DNA of 64,000 bases from NCBI GenBank assembly GCA_977030845.1, contig OZ365109.1:53444001-53508000 (forward strand), given 5' to 3'. Source of the stretch: Fimbriosthenelais zetlandica. Its lineage: Eukaryota. Below the pieces are notes generated by a model that ran no database searches, had not been told where the DNA came from, and saw only the letters and a program-made list of their open reading frames with translations. Position numbers and translations under genes: made by a program. Of the stretch, positions 39,409 to 52,782 are shown in pieces. Numbering within the stretch: the first letter of the stretch is position 1; each line of letters begins with the position of its first letter.

Positions 39409-42400
39409 TTAATACATAGCTTCAACATCAGACCTATAAACTTGAGTGAGACTTTGTAGATTATGTTTAGCTTCATTATAGTCATCCTCCTCTATGCCAG
39501 ACTGTAGAAATGTGCTGTATTTCTTCACGTTTAGTTTAGAAGCTTGGGAGAGTAGATCATTGATGTGAGCAATAGTACTAATGGAAGCCTGAAGCGAGGT
39601 CATCATAGGCACACTCTCAACAGCTGGAAAATAATGATGACAAATATAATAGAATCAGTTCTACAGTGAAACAGTTTTCATGTTGGTCTCAGAAGAAAAG
39701 GATTAGTTTTTTTCAATTTTGAAAGATTATCTGCCAATGGAATTGAATAAAACTATTCGTACGTATGTTGGGATCCCGGTCAGCAGTATCAATGTTACCA
39801 GTTGAATTAACCTTAGAGCTGAAGATATGAGGGAAAGGCGCCGAAACTTTCAAGCTTTGTTGAATAACGCATCCAGCACTGGAAATAATGTACAGAGACA
39901 GTGAATATGAGTGAGTGACAGGGTGAATGAGTGAATAATAGCAATGAGTACTTGAATCATTGATAGGACCATTGAGTAAGATACCTCACTGAGACACTTA
40001 GTAAATGAGTAAATCCCTGAATACTGACCTTAAACTATTTGTACATTTGTCTCTTATATAGAGCTGTAAAATATCTTCAGCTGTTTCTGCAGCTCGAATC
40101 TCACCAGGCATATTTTCGTTCACAATCCTAAATAAATGGGGAAAACATCAGATATTATGAAGTTTTTAAAAGTTTTCAATAACAATAAATTCTTTATCTA
40201 TATCAAATTTCTATTTAAATAATTTGATAATTTACCCTTTAAGTCGATTAGGTTTTACTCCTCTAAGTACTACAGACTGGGCATAAGGATGAGTGAGTTG
40301 GTCAAACATAGATGTGATGGGACTCCAAGGTAAGATGGGATCCAAGGCCATCATTGAGCTGACCAAAGTATCCTGAACACCTATGGGGTATGGGAAGGTT
40401 GTTTGCAGACCAAGTATCTGAAACAAGTAAATCATTCGATGACGCATTTTTTTTTGCTTTTAAAACACATAAAATAACATTTGTTATTTCTATGAGTTAT
40501 TTTTAGATAAAATTCCCCTGATATAGGTATATAGGATCAAATACAGATGTTATCAGGGTTCCAGCCAGACAGCAAAGGGCAGGTACCATTTTTGTCGCCA
40601 ATTGAGTCTCCCTATGTGCCAAATGGATAACAAAGAATCATAAGGTGGGTGGGAGAATATTTTGTTGGGTTATTGCCGGTGGATTATTGGCCACTTGTAG
40701 ACCTACTCTGTTAATGATCGTTGCTAGTTTTTGACCCCTGTGATTGAACCCTGCACCAGTGATTGTGGCTGACCAGTGGGCAGTGGGGAGGAGGGGGTGT
40801 TAGGGATAGAGGGGACAGTGTGGGTAGGGTTGAGAGATCGGGGTGGATTGGTTGGTTTGTAGCTTCCTACCAAACTACAAAAATTATATTATTAGATTAT
40901 ATATTCCATCATCTAATGTATAGACAAATTATTAAGATGATATTAGACGCAGCACAAGTACCTTTCGTCCTCCGGCTGTCAAGGCGTCTGTCATATGAGA
41001 CATGAGAGATGGGTGACTGGACAAGCGATAAGGGAGAGTCATCGTGTCAATACTAGCACCAAGGATGGCACTAGAATGGTACCACAGTTCTGGCTGAAAG
41101 GGAAAAGAACCAGCATACTTTAGCATATAATCAAGAATAGAAAAGAAGGCAATGGCAAGAAGCAAAACAGAAATCGTTTCCCAACGGCTTCATCTAAGAA
41201 TTGTCAATACTTTGGGCATACCAAATTGCCAGAAAAGGAATTCTGAGACGTGCTTATCAATTAGAAGAAATTTGACAACTTTTCTGTGGTTTCTATGATT
41301 TAATGTTGCAAATGGAATATTCACCTTGTAATTTAAATATGGAAATTCTGCAGAGCCGGCTGCTTTGTTCCACATTGAAGTTTTAGTAGACAATGGGATA
41401 AAAGCTGAACTATTGGCGCTTAATCCATCGTAGGACATCACAGAGTTCAAAATGCGTATAGCCTGGTCAGTGGGTGTCTGAAAAATAAAAGGGTTCCAAA
41501 TTTACACAGGACAGAATGCAAAATTTGGACAGGAATATAAATTCATTGATGAGCTTAAAAAAATAATTAGAATTCGTTTTGTCAAGAATTAATTTTATCC
41601 TCTAGAAACTATAGAAATTTCAATATGATACATACATCGTGTAAAAAGGAAGGAGGCCAGAAACCAAACACTGTGAAACCCTTTGTGCTATAATCGTCTT
41701 GTACTTGTTGCATAAGGCTTGTTCCGAGTCCAGCAAAACCATCATGGATATCTACTAACATGTGCATACCCTGAAACAAGATAACAATTTTGATGGAAAA
41801 TGTAACAGCGACAAATTAATTATCATACGGGTAATTATACACGGGATATATTACAACTAACAGAAAAAAACATCATGGCCTGAACATATCTAGACAGGTA
41901 ATGGAACAATTATGTTTAAATTAAATTAATTGGCACTGATCTACTCACCTGCAAATGATCACATTCCTCAAGAAAATAATGAACTTTGTCTTCAAGTTCA
42001 TCCCGTTCTCTCTCTGATGTCATGACCTGTTTTCCATATCCATACATATCAAAACGTTGCAGATCGCTAAAATATACGAAACAATTTTTTAAGACAAATA
42101 CATCAAATGCTTTTTGAACATATATCTAGTATTACAATTTGAGATTTGAGCCAATGGCAAGAATGGGCCAATGCGGTACTTACTTCTTGTGTTGGTATTC
42201 TTCCACTAGGTACACTGACTTGGGATGCAAATGCAAGTGAAGATAGTCTGACCATACAGAAACACTGTCATCCAACATGTACATCTTTTTTTGAGGAGAC
42301 ATCTTTTCTTCTCGTTGTTCAGTTGCACTTTCTGAACAAATAAAAAAATTTGCAAAATGAATCGATAATATCCAAGAGTAGTATAACAGCTATGATTAGA

Positions 42401-44029
42401 GGGTTTCACATTTAGTTTAGAGCACTTCTCATTTAAAATATCAGGAAATAGTAATACATGTAGGCTACATTTGTAGTTCTCTCTCCACTATTTATTATTC
42501 TTTCACTAAATCAATTATAGAGTATGATTATTTTTCAAGAGTTTAGATACAAACCATCTCTGTCAGCTTCTCTTTCTTCATATCGGCTGTCTGTATACTC
42601 CAATTTCTGTTAAAAAATCATTCACTGGATCAAAATCAATCATTCTGAGGTAGTATCTAGAAGCAACTAGTAGGCATCAAGGGACATGTCAACTCATTGG
42701 ATGACTATCAATTTTAATATGCATGTTTTAAAATTGAAAGAATATAACCAAATTTAATCAAATTCTCACGTCGTATTCTTCTAAATCCTTGAGAAATTCA
42801 TTCTTAGACGCAATGTCTAATTTGTGTAAGGTGACATCACTGTCCCTGAAAATGAGAAAAATAAATATAAAATGTGTTGATCTTAGGGAAGCATTGTTGG
42901 AATTCCAACAATGATAACTCCTCGTCATAGGAAATGTGAAAGAGATAGGTTATGATTTTTCTTTACAAACCACTGAACGTCGTCTTGGCCTATAACATCA
43001 TAGAGAGAGCCATCTTGCTTCAGTGTGTTGAGAGCACCTGTAAAACACCATAGTTCAGAAATTAACATTCTGATATTAGGCGAAATGAAACAAAAACTAT
43101 TTAAATATATCAAAGAAGTTCAGCAATGATTTTAGACTAATAAATTATATTATTTAATAAAAAAAAATAGTTATTTTATAAATAATATAATGACTATCAG
43201 ATCGAAGTAGACTTATCTTAGATCATACTATCTTATATTTTGAGATCATACTATTACAGGCAGTCGCCGCAGAGAGTAAGGTAGTAACAAATCGAACCTT
43301 TTAAATCGATAGAAATCAGGCGAGGTGTATATGTAACTTCTCCCTGAAAAAGCATAACAAACTTTATATATCCAACAATGTTAAAAAACTAAAATAGATA
43401 ATTAAAGTAATTAGTTTTAATTAAACAAAACGAAAGCTCAGCCTCCGTCGTTCTTACCATGAGATTCTGTCCTTCTCTAAAAAGGACATCGTGATCTACT
43501 TCTTTCGGTTCTGTCACTTCTGACGGATGATATGTAAAAGTCGATTCCTTTAAAATCAAGGGGAAAAGGAGATTAGACTACATGAATAATCCTTTATACT
43601 TGTTATGCTTGCATGGCAGTACTTGAATTAGGCCTTCCCGTTAGTGGTAGCCTACCAGGGTACTTCTATTTAGTAAGCCGTAAGCGGTCCGATTGACTTT
43701 TGGCCATTTGAGATCTTTTCTCATAAAAGAACATTCATGTCATACTAACCGTGACAAATTTGTTTAAATTAATAATCATGATTTCTATTTGAGTCGTGAA
43801 CAGATTTGGGACGGCCGGTCGTGGCAGCCTACAGCTGCCGGACCAAATGCAGCCAACTCCCGGCGACGAGGCCGCTCTCGGCCGGGGTGCCCCCGTTTGG
43901 TGCCCCGGTACGACATACGAGGGACAATAAACATCGTATACTCACTTGCAGATTCCACCAGTGTGTCCCAACGTAGTTGGCAAAATGACCTACTTGCAGG
44001 GTCACAACCTCCCGGTTTCTATTCGCCAT
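39409..44029 (-). CDS. MSTO1: Misato homolog 1 (tubulin/FtsZ-related mitochondrial distribution protein), 15 exons, 570 aa
   Basis: Exons 44029-43946 ([23 protein letters not shown]), 43547-43458, 43343-43298 ([12 protein letters not shown]), 43037-42971, 42845-42770, 42606-42555, 42331-42184 ([14 protein letters not shown]), 42066-41949 (EECDHLQ), 41770-41636, 41477-41325, 41093-40962 ([20 protein letters not shown]), 40417-40236, 40127-40029, 39878-39763, 39623-39409. All junctions in phase; total 1713 nt. Poly(A) signal at 39261-39266. Confidence 0.96.
40554..40753. mobile_element. MITE-like relic in MSTO1 intron 11
   Basis: CAGGGTTC ... GAACCCTG 8-bp terminal inverted repeats, 200 bp apart. 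No clear TSD. Confidence 0.4.
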
Positions 44030-44297
44030 TTTGTCTCTTCAAACTACACTAAAAGACAATTTTGCATCTAGCATGACCAGTCGATTCGTATGGTGGAAGC
44101 CATGTTGGATTATGCGACCTTGACCTCTCGGTGTAAGATGCCTTGTGATTGGTCAGCCATTTTTCGGCTCGTCCAATCAAACAGCGTGTAAAGAGGGCTT
44201 CATTCAGTGTCAGCTGTCAGAGTTGGGGACGACTGCTGCTGCGGCTTCAATCAGAGCCAGTTTCATTGCATTCAGACGAATAGGAAAAGGATCCACG
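44030..44297. promoter_or_regulatory. Bidirectional promoter MSTO1/PTS
   Basis: Divergent ATGs separated by 268 bp; TGCGACCTTGACCT at 44113; ATTGG at 44147 and CCAAT at 44173; YY1-like AAAATGGCG over the MSTO1 start. Confidence 0.75.
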
Positions 44298-46965
44298 ATG
44301 CCAAACGTGACAACTCGTCGTCCAATTGCTTATTTAAGCAGGACAGAAAAATTTAGCGCTTGTCATAGGTTGCACAGGTACGTATCCAGATTTGAGAAGG
44401 GGTATCTTCAGACTGGGGGGCGTGGCACTATGGTCAATAATTCTACTGGGTTAAAACAGTGCCCCATTTGTTCGACATAAGAGTGTAAACCAATTGTGGT
44501 AAAACGTTATTTAATAGCTTAAATTTATAGGAAGAGAAATAATAATAATTATAATAAATTTAAATAAGATAAATTTAAGCGGGCCCTCAAAACCCTCTCC
44601 CTGACCTGTTATAATATTTGATTAATTATGTGCAGGCTTATGTGTGTGTTATAGTTTTTCCTTAAAGCCTCTTAAGCTATCTTTTTCTTCCTTTCTCCCT
44701 TTATACACTAGACACGGTGATAGGGGTAAGATCATGGTACTGCCTGGCAGTTACGAATGCTCTGTGAGCCTATATAATTTACGGATTTATTGGTCAGTGA
44801 AAAGCTGTATAAATATGTTGAATAAAAAAAGAATAATGGGCTTCGGCATAGGCACATGCAAATAAGTCTTTATAAGACTAGGGCAGGCCTAAAAGGAAAC
44901 CCATAGGCCCTATCGGGGTGAATTGCGTCTGTGTATAGCCTACCTATTTCGCCTTTTAGTTTAGCGCGCTGGTTGTACCAACGTTGTTTTGTCACCTAGA
45001 AGACTATCGATTTTAGCCGGATCAATGATGCAGCAAGCCAGCCCATGTTTAGTAATGTAGCTCCAGGCTTAAGATGGATAATAGGAACCGGTAACTTCTA
45101 GATTGGTCAGGCTTCCCATCCAGCAGACAAATCCAATACCATGTCCGTGGGGGTTCTGGCTGGGTGAGGTGCGGGTTGGTTTGGTCACCCCCTCCCCCGT
45201 GGCTTTAGGCAGACTTTTTTTGTAGTTTGGAAGGAAATATTTTCTATTGGGATTATTGGACTCCATACATGTAGGCCTACAGGTAGAGATTTAAAAAATC
45301 ATGAAGAAGGGCTACTGCCCGAAATATATTGCAACAACTTGTGCTTTCTCTATCAAACAGCCGATTACAAACGAAAGAGAAAACTTGGGCTTTACTGTAT
45401 GCACGGTAATACAACGCTTGAAACTTCCCAGTAGAGATTTAGTAGGCCTACTAGCAGTTGTAAAAAAACAGATTCAAGACTAGCAAAAATGGAAATGGTT
45501 TTAGAGACTTGATGCAGATAATTTTCTTTCAGCCCAGATTTAAATGACGAAGAGAATAAGAAAACGTACGGAAAGTGCAACAATCTCAATGGTCATGGAC
45601 ATAATTACACGGGTAAGTATCATATTTATTGATACCGGCATGTGATTAATACTAGAAACTTCAGATATTTTTTATATTTTATCGTCATAATATAGAGTAA
45701 GCTTTCATTGAAACATTCTTGCTTTGTTATTTTCCAGTTGAAGTCATTGTCAAAGGAGAGGTATGTTATAATTATTTTTATTTTTAGATTATTATTGCCA
45801 TTATACCATGTGTTCCGCGGCCTACCTACCAGCAAAATGTTTATCAGAAACAAACCAGGGGTTCATTAAATTCAATACTTTTGGGTTGTATAAACCGTGA
45901 CATGTGCACTTTATGCCTCACCCATCTGTACAGGAGGTTTTTTGGGTTGTTAATGTTTATTATACGTCGATGATTGTCAATTTACTGTACTAATAATTTC
46001 GCAAAATTGGAAAAATCATCATTTTCACAATCTATATATTTCTAAATGACTATTGATTGTAGATTGATCCAGTAAATGGAATGGTAATGAATCTGACTGA
46101 CCTTAAGGCCTACATTCAGGTACGTGTGTTCCAGTGGGGTCGGGGGCTGGAGTTTTTGTTTTATTTTTTTTTTTCAGAATAGAGGTGGAAATACATGTAT
46201 TATATATTTCAGAATAGAGATGGGCAATTTTTATTCATTTAATGGCTTAACGGACCCAAACTATTTATTTTCAACCAGGATGAGGATAAAATATTTCCAC
46301 TGTCTCTTAATTGTGTCAATTTATTTATTTCATCCATATTCCCCACAAAATTATAATTTTTTTTAGATAACTCCAGCCCCGCCTACTGGTATTCTAATCG
46401 TCAACTTTTAACCATTCCAGAGTCAAAATGAAGTCGCATTACATGGTTACAATTTCTTACTGAACAGCTCTGAGTTTATAGACTTTTATATTTATAATCT
46501 TATAGACTTATTGTATAGATTTCTTTTAGTATAAATGATTAATATTAACTTCTATCGGCTGTGACAGGAGGCAGTAATGGATGTTTTGGACCATAAAAAT
46601 GTTGATAAAGATGTCCCTTACTTCAAAGATAAAGTCAGGTAAAATCTTTGATAAAGTATATGATAAACCGTAAGATATTCGCATTAAAGCTAATATATCC
46701 AAATTGAAATTGGAAGAAATGCCTTAGTTCATTCAGATTCCTTACCATTTTGACATTCGGCTTCAGAACATATTTAGATTTAAAATTAGACATTTGTTTA
46801 TTATCTGATCTGTGTTTTTTCTATTTTAGCACGGTAGAAAACATAGCGGTGTTTATATGGGACAGCCTCATCAAACTGCTCCCTCCGGACAGTCTCCATG
46901 AAATCAAAATCAACGAAACCGACAAAAATATTGTCTATTTCCGAGGAGAATACTCAGAGAGTTAA
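44298..46965 (+). CDS. PTS: 6-pyruvoyl tetrahydropterin synthase, 6 exons, 148 aa
   Basis: Exons 44298-44377 (FSACHRLH), 45533-45612 ([14 protein letters not shown]), 45738-45760, 46063-46119 ([15 protein letters not shown]), 46568-46638 ([13 protein letters not shown]), 46830-46965 (STVENIA...[12 protein letters not shown]). Catalytic Cys and the three Zn-binding His are present. Confidence 0.97.
46131..46389. mobile_element. MITE-like element in PTS intron 4
   Basis: CCAGT...GGGGCTGGAGTT (46131-46154) and AACTCCAGCCCC...ACTGG (46369-46389): a 12-bp perfect inverted repeat plus matching outer CCAGT around an AT-rich core. No clear TSD. Confidence 0.5.
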
Positions 46966-48773
46966 TCGGTGGAGACAAACATCATTGGGATCGATGTAAA
47001 GTATTCATAAAGAGTTTCAATTTTGCTCTGAGAAAAGACCACTCTTTATAATGTAAGTTACGGTGATTTATAGGTTATTGTAACGAGGGTATGAAAAGGC
47101 GGCTAGGTTCTCTTAAAATTGGTGTGGCATGTGTCATAAAGCTTAAATGTGCCGGCGGTACAATGAAACAGAAGTATAAATTTATATACGAGGAGGGTTA
47201 TGGATTTTTGTAATCTGAACTATCAATTTTCATGCTGGTACATTGTTGAACAGTGGACCAGAAACCAAACCAGTATAATTTATAGTATTATGTATTTTGA
47301 TTTGTTACCTGTAGATCTTTATTGTATTTATACATAGAAAATAAAACAAAATATTCCAACGAGATCAACATTCCACATATATACTTTTATCTTTAATCTC
47401 TCTCAGCAAAACTGGGTTTCTCGAGATTTGTAGTCTCGATTTGAGTAAAGTAAACGCTGTATCGCAAATCAATACTGTCACAAATAAACCTATTGTGCGC
47501 TTGCAATTACTTATTACATTTTTATTACATTTCATATCCCATATTAAACCCTATATAAACACACGAGTGCAATATCAAGTGGATCATCCGATGGTACGGG
47601 TGACATGTATTTTAGGTACATAATAGGATAATACCTAGTACATAATGCGTACCTACTGGTGTATTGAATATTGCACGAAATATTATAAAAGAGTTATTGT
47701 ATTTATACCAAAATCCAGAGGTGGAGTCAGAGGAGAGACTATGGGCGGTTATCACTCTACCTTTTCATATGTAAGTAGGGCGTGGTAAAACTGCACTATA
47801 AATAATCCATCATTTAAAACGTTTGAACTAAGAATGGAAATACAAGTAATATACCATTTAATGAGATCCCTTCCAACATATTATTTTAATGACAATTAAA
47901 AATTAATTGAACTATTAATAATGATATAGTAAGTGATGAGATATTTTCCACATGCACTCATCTTTCTGTGCTTTTTAAAGTTCATGTACTGCATGCATAA
48001 TATGTATAAATTTAAGTCCCTGAATTGTAAGTTTAGGCAAACCTATAGATCATATAAATAAGCCTTGTAAGTTTACCACCGGCAAAGGTAGAACTACACA
48101 CGTACATGCTACATGTATGTCAACTAAAATAGTTGACCACTTATCTAACCTTAGTTAACTACATTTTTATTTAGTGAACTACCGACGGAGTAACCCTACC
48201 CTTTTGAGTATTTATTTGGATGTAAACCTTCAATACATTACAAAACATTGGATAAGTAAAGCAATAGATTTTTGGCACATTATTTGGCACAGCTTAAAAT
48301 ACCTGTTAACGGTAATTTCCGCCAGTGTGGGCGGTAACAAATCCTGACAGGAGGCTTGAACAAGTTTATCATTAAAGTTAAAGCCTTCCTGCTTAATGGT
48401 CCATACTTTTGGGAACACAGAAGCTTGGCTAACTATGGGAAAAAACTGTGGAACAGTACCCAAAATGTTATATACAACGTACATCACATGTTGCGTCATC
48501 ATCCACCGACTCTAGCTCAAATTCCTCTATCTCAGTTTACTGATACATTTATATAATGCATTTTCGGAACTCCAATATGGAGTCCAGTACCTTTACTTAC
48601 CGACTTTTCAACAGTATACCCGTTTTTATTTATAAAAATCGTGTTAAAAGGTTCTAATTTTAACCGAGAAACTCGGTTAGAACGTGTAGCTAATGTGCTC
48701 ACGTTGAAAAATGTATTAAAAAACAGAACCTAATACTAAAGCCAGTTCTAAATGCTAGTACATGTCATTGTAG

Positions 48774-51700
48774 TCACTTCAATAGTTTGTCTTTACGAAG
48801 TCTGCGAACCAAGAACCAAATGTTGGTCTTGAAACCATCACAACCCGTCCAGCTTACCTCCCAGATATGGTCACGTATGTCTACATGAACCTGAAGGTAC
48901 TTGGCCACAACTGAAAATTAAAAAGGCTGTAAATAAATGCAAAAATCAAATGCTGATCTCAGTGCCAGTTTTGTGGCATTTTACCTAAATTTTTGTTTCA
49001 TAAACATATGCCCTTTACACAAATCGTATATGCAGCGCGTGGACGAAGAACTTTGTTTTAAACCTAGATAAATAGGTAATGATATTGATGGATCGCAGAT
49101 TCATATAAGTATAATATGGTAATCTTGTCAGGACAACAACTTACCAAGTAGCATATCTTCAGAGACTGGCTCACTAAGTCCAATATCCTCATCTGGGTAC
49201 ATGTGTATGACATCGGTCAAGATGGCGGTGGCCAGTCCCTGACGTCTGAAGTCATCTCTCACATAGACTAGATCGATGACCGGTAGGTGGTAGACATAGT
49301 AACTACAGCTGGTATAGGCTGACCCTGACAGGAAAATCAAACAGATCATATAGAGCAAAACCTAAATGAGTGAATACCTCGGACTAGGGAACAAGTCTGA
49401 TTAAGAAAATCCTCTATTTAAGGAACACTTTTAATGATTATGGAACACCTCATAAGATTAGAGAACAGCTCTAAATAAGATACCTTTGATTAGGGAACAC
49501 TTAGTTTTTTCATTGTCTGAAGTTCATGAAGCATATTGTTTAATACTGTATAATTTGGCCTAGCTGGAATACTGAAAACTCGGATTGAAGGTATTTTTGC
49601 ATACCTTTGAGTTTAAGAGTGTAAAAGGCCGCAGCTTCTCCATTTTTCCAATATATCTTCCCATATTCTTGTGGTCCGGGAGATAAGAATGTTACTTTGT
49701 CAGAAGCCTCTTTCGAAGCATCTTGTTGGAAAATGACCTGGCTTAAAACGAACAAGGCGATGCGTTCAGCATAAGTCTCAACCTGTAATTCAAATAAAAA
49801 AAAACACTAGTACATGTATTAAGATTAGAATTAATTTTATCTAATACTGATTTAAGTAATCATTCAAGTAATTTTGCAGGGAAATATTTAATTTAATTTG
49901 TACCTTCTTAAGTCCTTTATATTCTGATCTGCTCGTTTTCAAAAGCTCGACTGGAGACCAAATTCTACCAATCAGGAACATGCCAACAACTGAAATTAAA
50001 CCAATATGCATTTCTATGGATTCTAAATCTTGGAAGTTGCGTCACAGAGATTAAGGCATTTGGAATAAAAAGGATTTCATAATCAGTTTTACATAATAAC
50101 ATGCAGGATTTCAAACTTGAGACCTGCGAGAAAAGAAAAGCACAGTATAAATAGAAATGTAAGTGAAATCCTGGAAAAATAATTTGAATTTTATTTGAAA
50201 ACCTGGTTTCAGAATTCGAAGGGGCGGATCCAGACTTGTGAAGCAGACGTTGCCTTGTTCAGTGAAGGCAGAAAGTTTTGGTTAGGTTTAAATTAACCAC
50301 TGGTAAATTTAATATTTAATATAAATCAAATAAATATAAAATTTCAAAACCTGGACAATTAGGGTGGTATAGGTTTCGCCCCAGATCCGTCCCTTCACTT
50401 GCACTTTTTTCATCACTTAGTAATTGGGTACCTACAAAGTGAAGATTATGTAATATGGTGCAACGAATTTTGTTTTGTGCGTTTGGTTAAAGAATGAAAT
50501 ACCTTAATATTCATAATCTCACAAAGTATACAAAGGACATATACAGTCAGATGCAGCCCTGCAGATAATTAGGAACATCATACATGACATTTATGAATGG
50601 CGGATGGTCCAGGCCAGTCATAAGTGGACTGGCACCATTGATAGAGTCAATAAATACCTTCCAATATGAGTACCCCGCATTGTCAACCATGTTAATCCCC
50701 CATGTCCATACTTATCTTCGTCTGTTAACGATCCTTATACAACTTACCACCTGTTTACCCGACCCTGTAGCCATCTCTTCACTCAATGTAAACTAGAAGG
50801 AAATACCGAGAAAGTTTTTGTAAGTACTGCGTTATCGTGTGCTTCTCAGCGCAACCATTTAATCCGCGATGATGCAAATTTTATACGTTTGTATTTATGC
50901 ATCTCTCTATGCATCATCTACGGTACCTCAATTCACTACGGTTCCATATTTTTCGCCACTTTCCACTTTTTTTTGCTGATTTCCCATGTATAAAAACTTT
51001 TACCATATTTCTTCACAGAGGACTGAGTTTATCAGTGAATAAATCGCAAATAAATTAAATCGCAAAACAAATAACAAAGAGGCCTAATATGTAGGCATAA
51101 CTATAAGGCTACATGAATGCCTAGGCCTACATGTGCTCCAAGTTCAAATTCATTTTTAAATTAAAGATTTACAAACAAAGTAAGATTGTATTTATTATAA
51201 ACTGGGTTAAATAACCGCACAAAATATCGATAATGTCAAGTTAAAATTTTAATTAAGGCGATTGTTTAAAAAATATCACCTGCGCCACATGAAACACAAT
51301 TCAGGGTTTTGATCCAGTGATCATCGCAGCTTTCTTCAGATAGCTCGCCATATAATGGTGTATTCCTGAGGCCTTTACGGGACAAATTGACCTGAAAAGA
51401 TGAAAGGTTTGTAGTCGGCCTACATATATTCATTACAGGCATCTGCCTAAAATACTGTAAAGTTTAAATTAAATTCTAAAATAATAAATTGAAATTTACA
51501 GCTTTCATTGGTTTCATTTAGGCCTACGGTACCGTACCGTACTGTAGTTTTCATGATTGCCATCATTGGTTTCAGGAAGCCTTGAACTGAATTAATTCGT
51601 ATTTCCCCGCCTCTCCAGGAATACACATGACAAATGATAATAGCCCCACCCCAACCCCCACCGTTCTGCACGGTACCATAAATTCCCCGTCCTCGGGCCA

Positions 51701-51874
51701 GGCCAGCCAAGCTCAAGACTGTAGCTCGTAGGCCTAGCCGTCACTGTCGTTAGTGAGTGGGAAATCGCTTACATTTTTCTGACAAACGTAACAATTCGTA
51801 ATTTCAGTTTCCTCTTTTTGGATCCCTTCTTCAACAACTCCATCCTCCAGTAGAATGTCAAATGGAAGGTGCAT
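48774..51874 (-). CDS. FAM169B: FAM169-family protein (GNAT-like fold), 6 exons, 264 aa
   Basis: Exons 51874-51773 (MHLPFDILLE), 51391-51280 (TPLYG), 49989-49904 (VGMFLIGRIWSPVELLKT), 49782-49605 (ERIALFVLSQVIF...EYGKIYWKNGEAAAFYTLK), 49324-49145 (YHLPVIDLVYVRDDFRRQGLA...DIGLSEPVS), 48910-48774 (IWEV...NIW). All in phase. The motifs follow the FAM169 family in order; A versus B paralogy cannot be assigned in an invertebrate. Confidence 0.85.
50220..50394. mobile_element. Degenerate MITE (AGGGGCGGATCCAG-ended type) in FAM169 intron 2
   Basis: AGGGGCGGATCCAG at the left and CCAGATCCGTCCCT at the right form an 11/14 inverted match. No TSD recognised. Confidence 0.4.
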
Positions 51875-52000
51875 TACCCAGTACTAAACACTTTCTCCCA
51901 GAGTTTACAAACAACAAACCCCAGTTGTGACTGGTTTGCTGGGCGCCGCCATATTGAAAAGTCCCGGATGTTGTGCGACCTTGACCTAAAATGGCGGAAA
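51875..52000. promoter_or_regulatory. Bidirectional promoter FAM169/GON4L
   Basis: Oppositely oriented YY1-type motifs CGCCGCCATATT (about 51945) and AAAATGGCGG (51988) flank TGCGACCTTGACCT (51974). A splice donor gtgagt at 52029 suggests GON4L exon 1. Confidence 0.7.
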
Positions 52001-52782
52001 CAAATGAAACCAAAACATGTGAAATGTCGTGAGTTTATGTTGATATTTGGATATTATACGGGGCCTCTGCTCTTTCCCACAAGATGTAAGTATCCTCTTG
52101 TACATTGCAATAAGTATGTTCAAAAGAAATATTGCTAGAACTGGTAGAAGAACCATTACTAGCCCGATTAGTCCTATATTTTGGACAGACAAACTGGAAT
52201 CTAGAATTCTGGCGCCAGTTCAGTTGAAATTATGATTTACGGTACCGTATCGTTATGTGATTAAATGTTGCCATTGGTTCGATTAGACCTTCTGACCAAT
52301 GTAAAGGTCCATGTAGGCCCTATTCCTATTGCTTAATTTAATTATTTTTTTTTATAATTGTCGATCCTAAGGCAAGTAATGCAAGTTCTATAGGGCGAAG
52401 GCCTACACTACAGTTAAACCATGCTTGTTGCAAATACATGTACGGTATTAATATGATATTTGATAGGCCTATTATTAATTTATTATTATTAATATTAGGT
52501 CTACTAGGTAGTCTGTAAATGTAATTTCTGTTAACATACCTGTGTTAAATGGTCGGGTGAATAGCTTCAAACTAATGACGTTACTGAAATAGTTCAGTGT
52601 AGCTGTAGGCCTACCTATACTTAGCCTAACTTCTTAGCCATTAGTTTAGGCCTACCGTACCGGTACCGACAATAAATAAAGATTAAAATGAAATTAATGA
52701 CCTACGTAGAGTCTATCGGTTATTTTTGCAATGATGTAGACTATATTTTCCATATCCATTTATCTTTAATTTTCTTCAGTTA

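Noticed and set aside
47567-47676. GTGCAATAT/ATATTGCAC inverted repeat between PTS and FAM169 as a MITE
   Set aside because: Only a 9-bp match and no TSD; too weak to call.
50584-50796. Exon-like segments in FAM169 intron 2
   Set aside because: The protein is already complete and in phase without them, and the candidate junctions break the frame.
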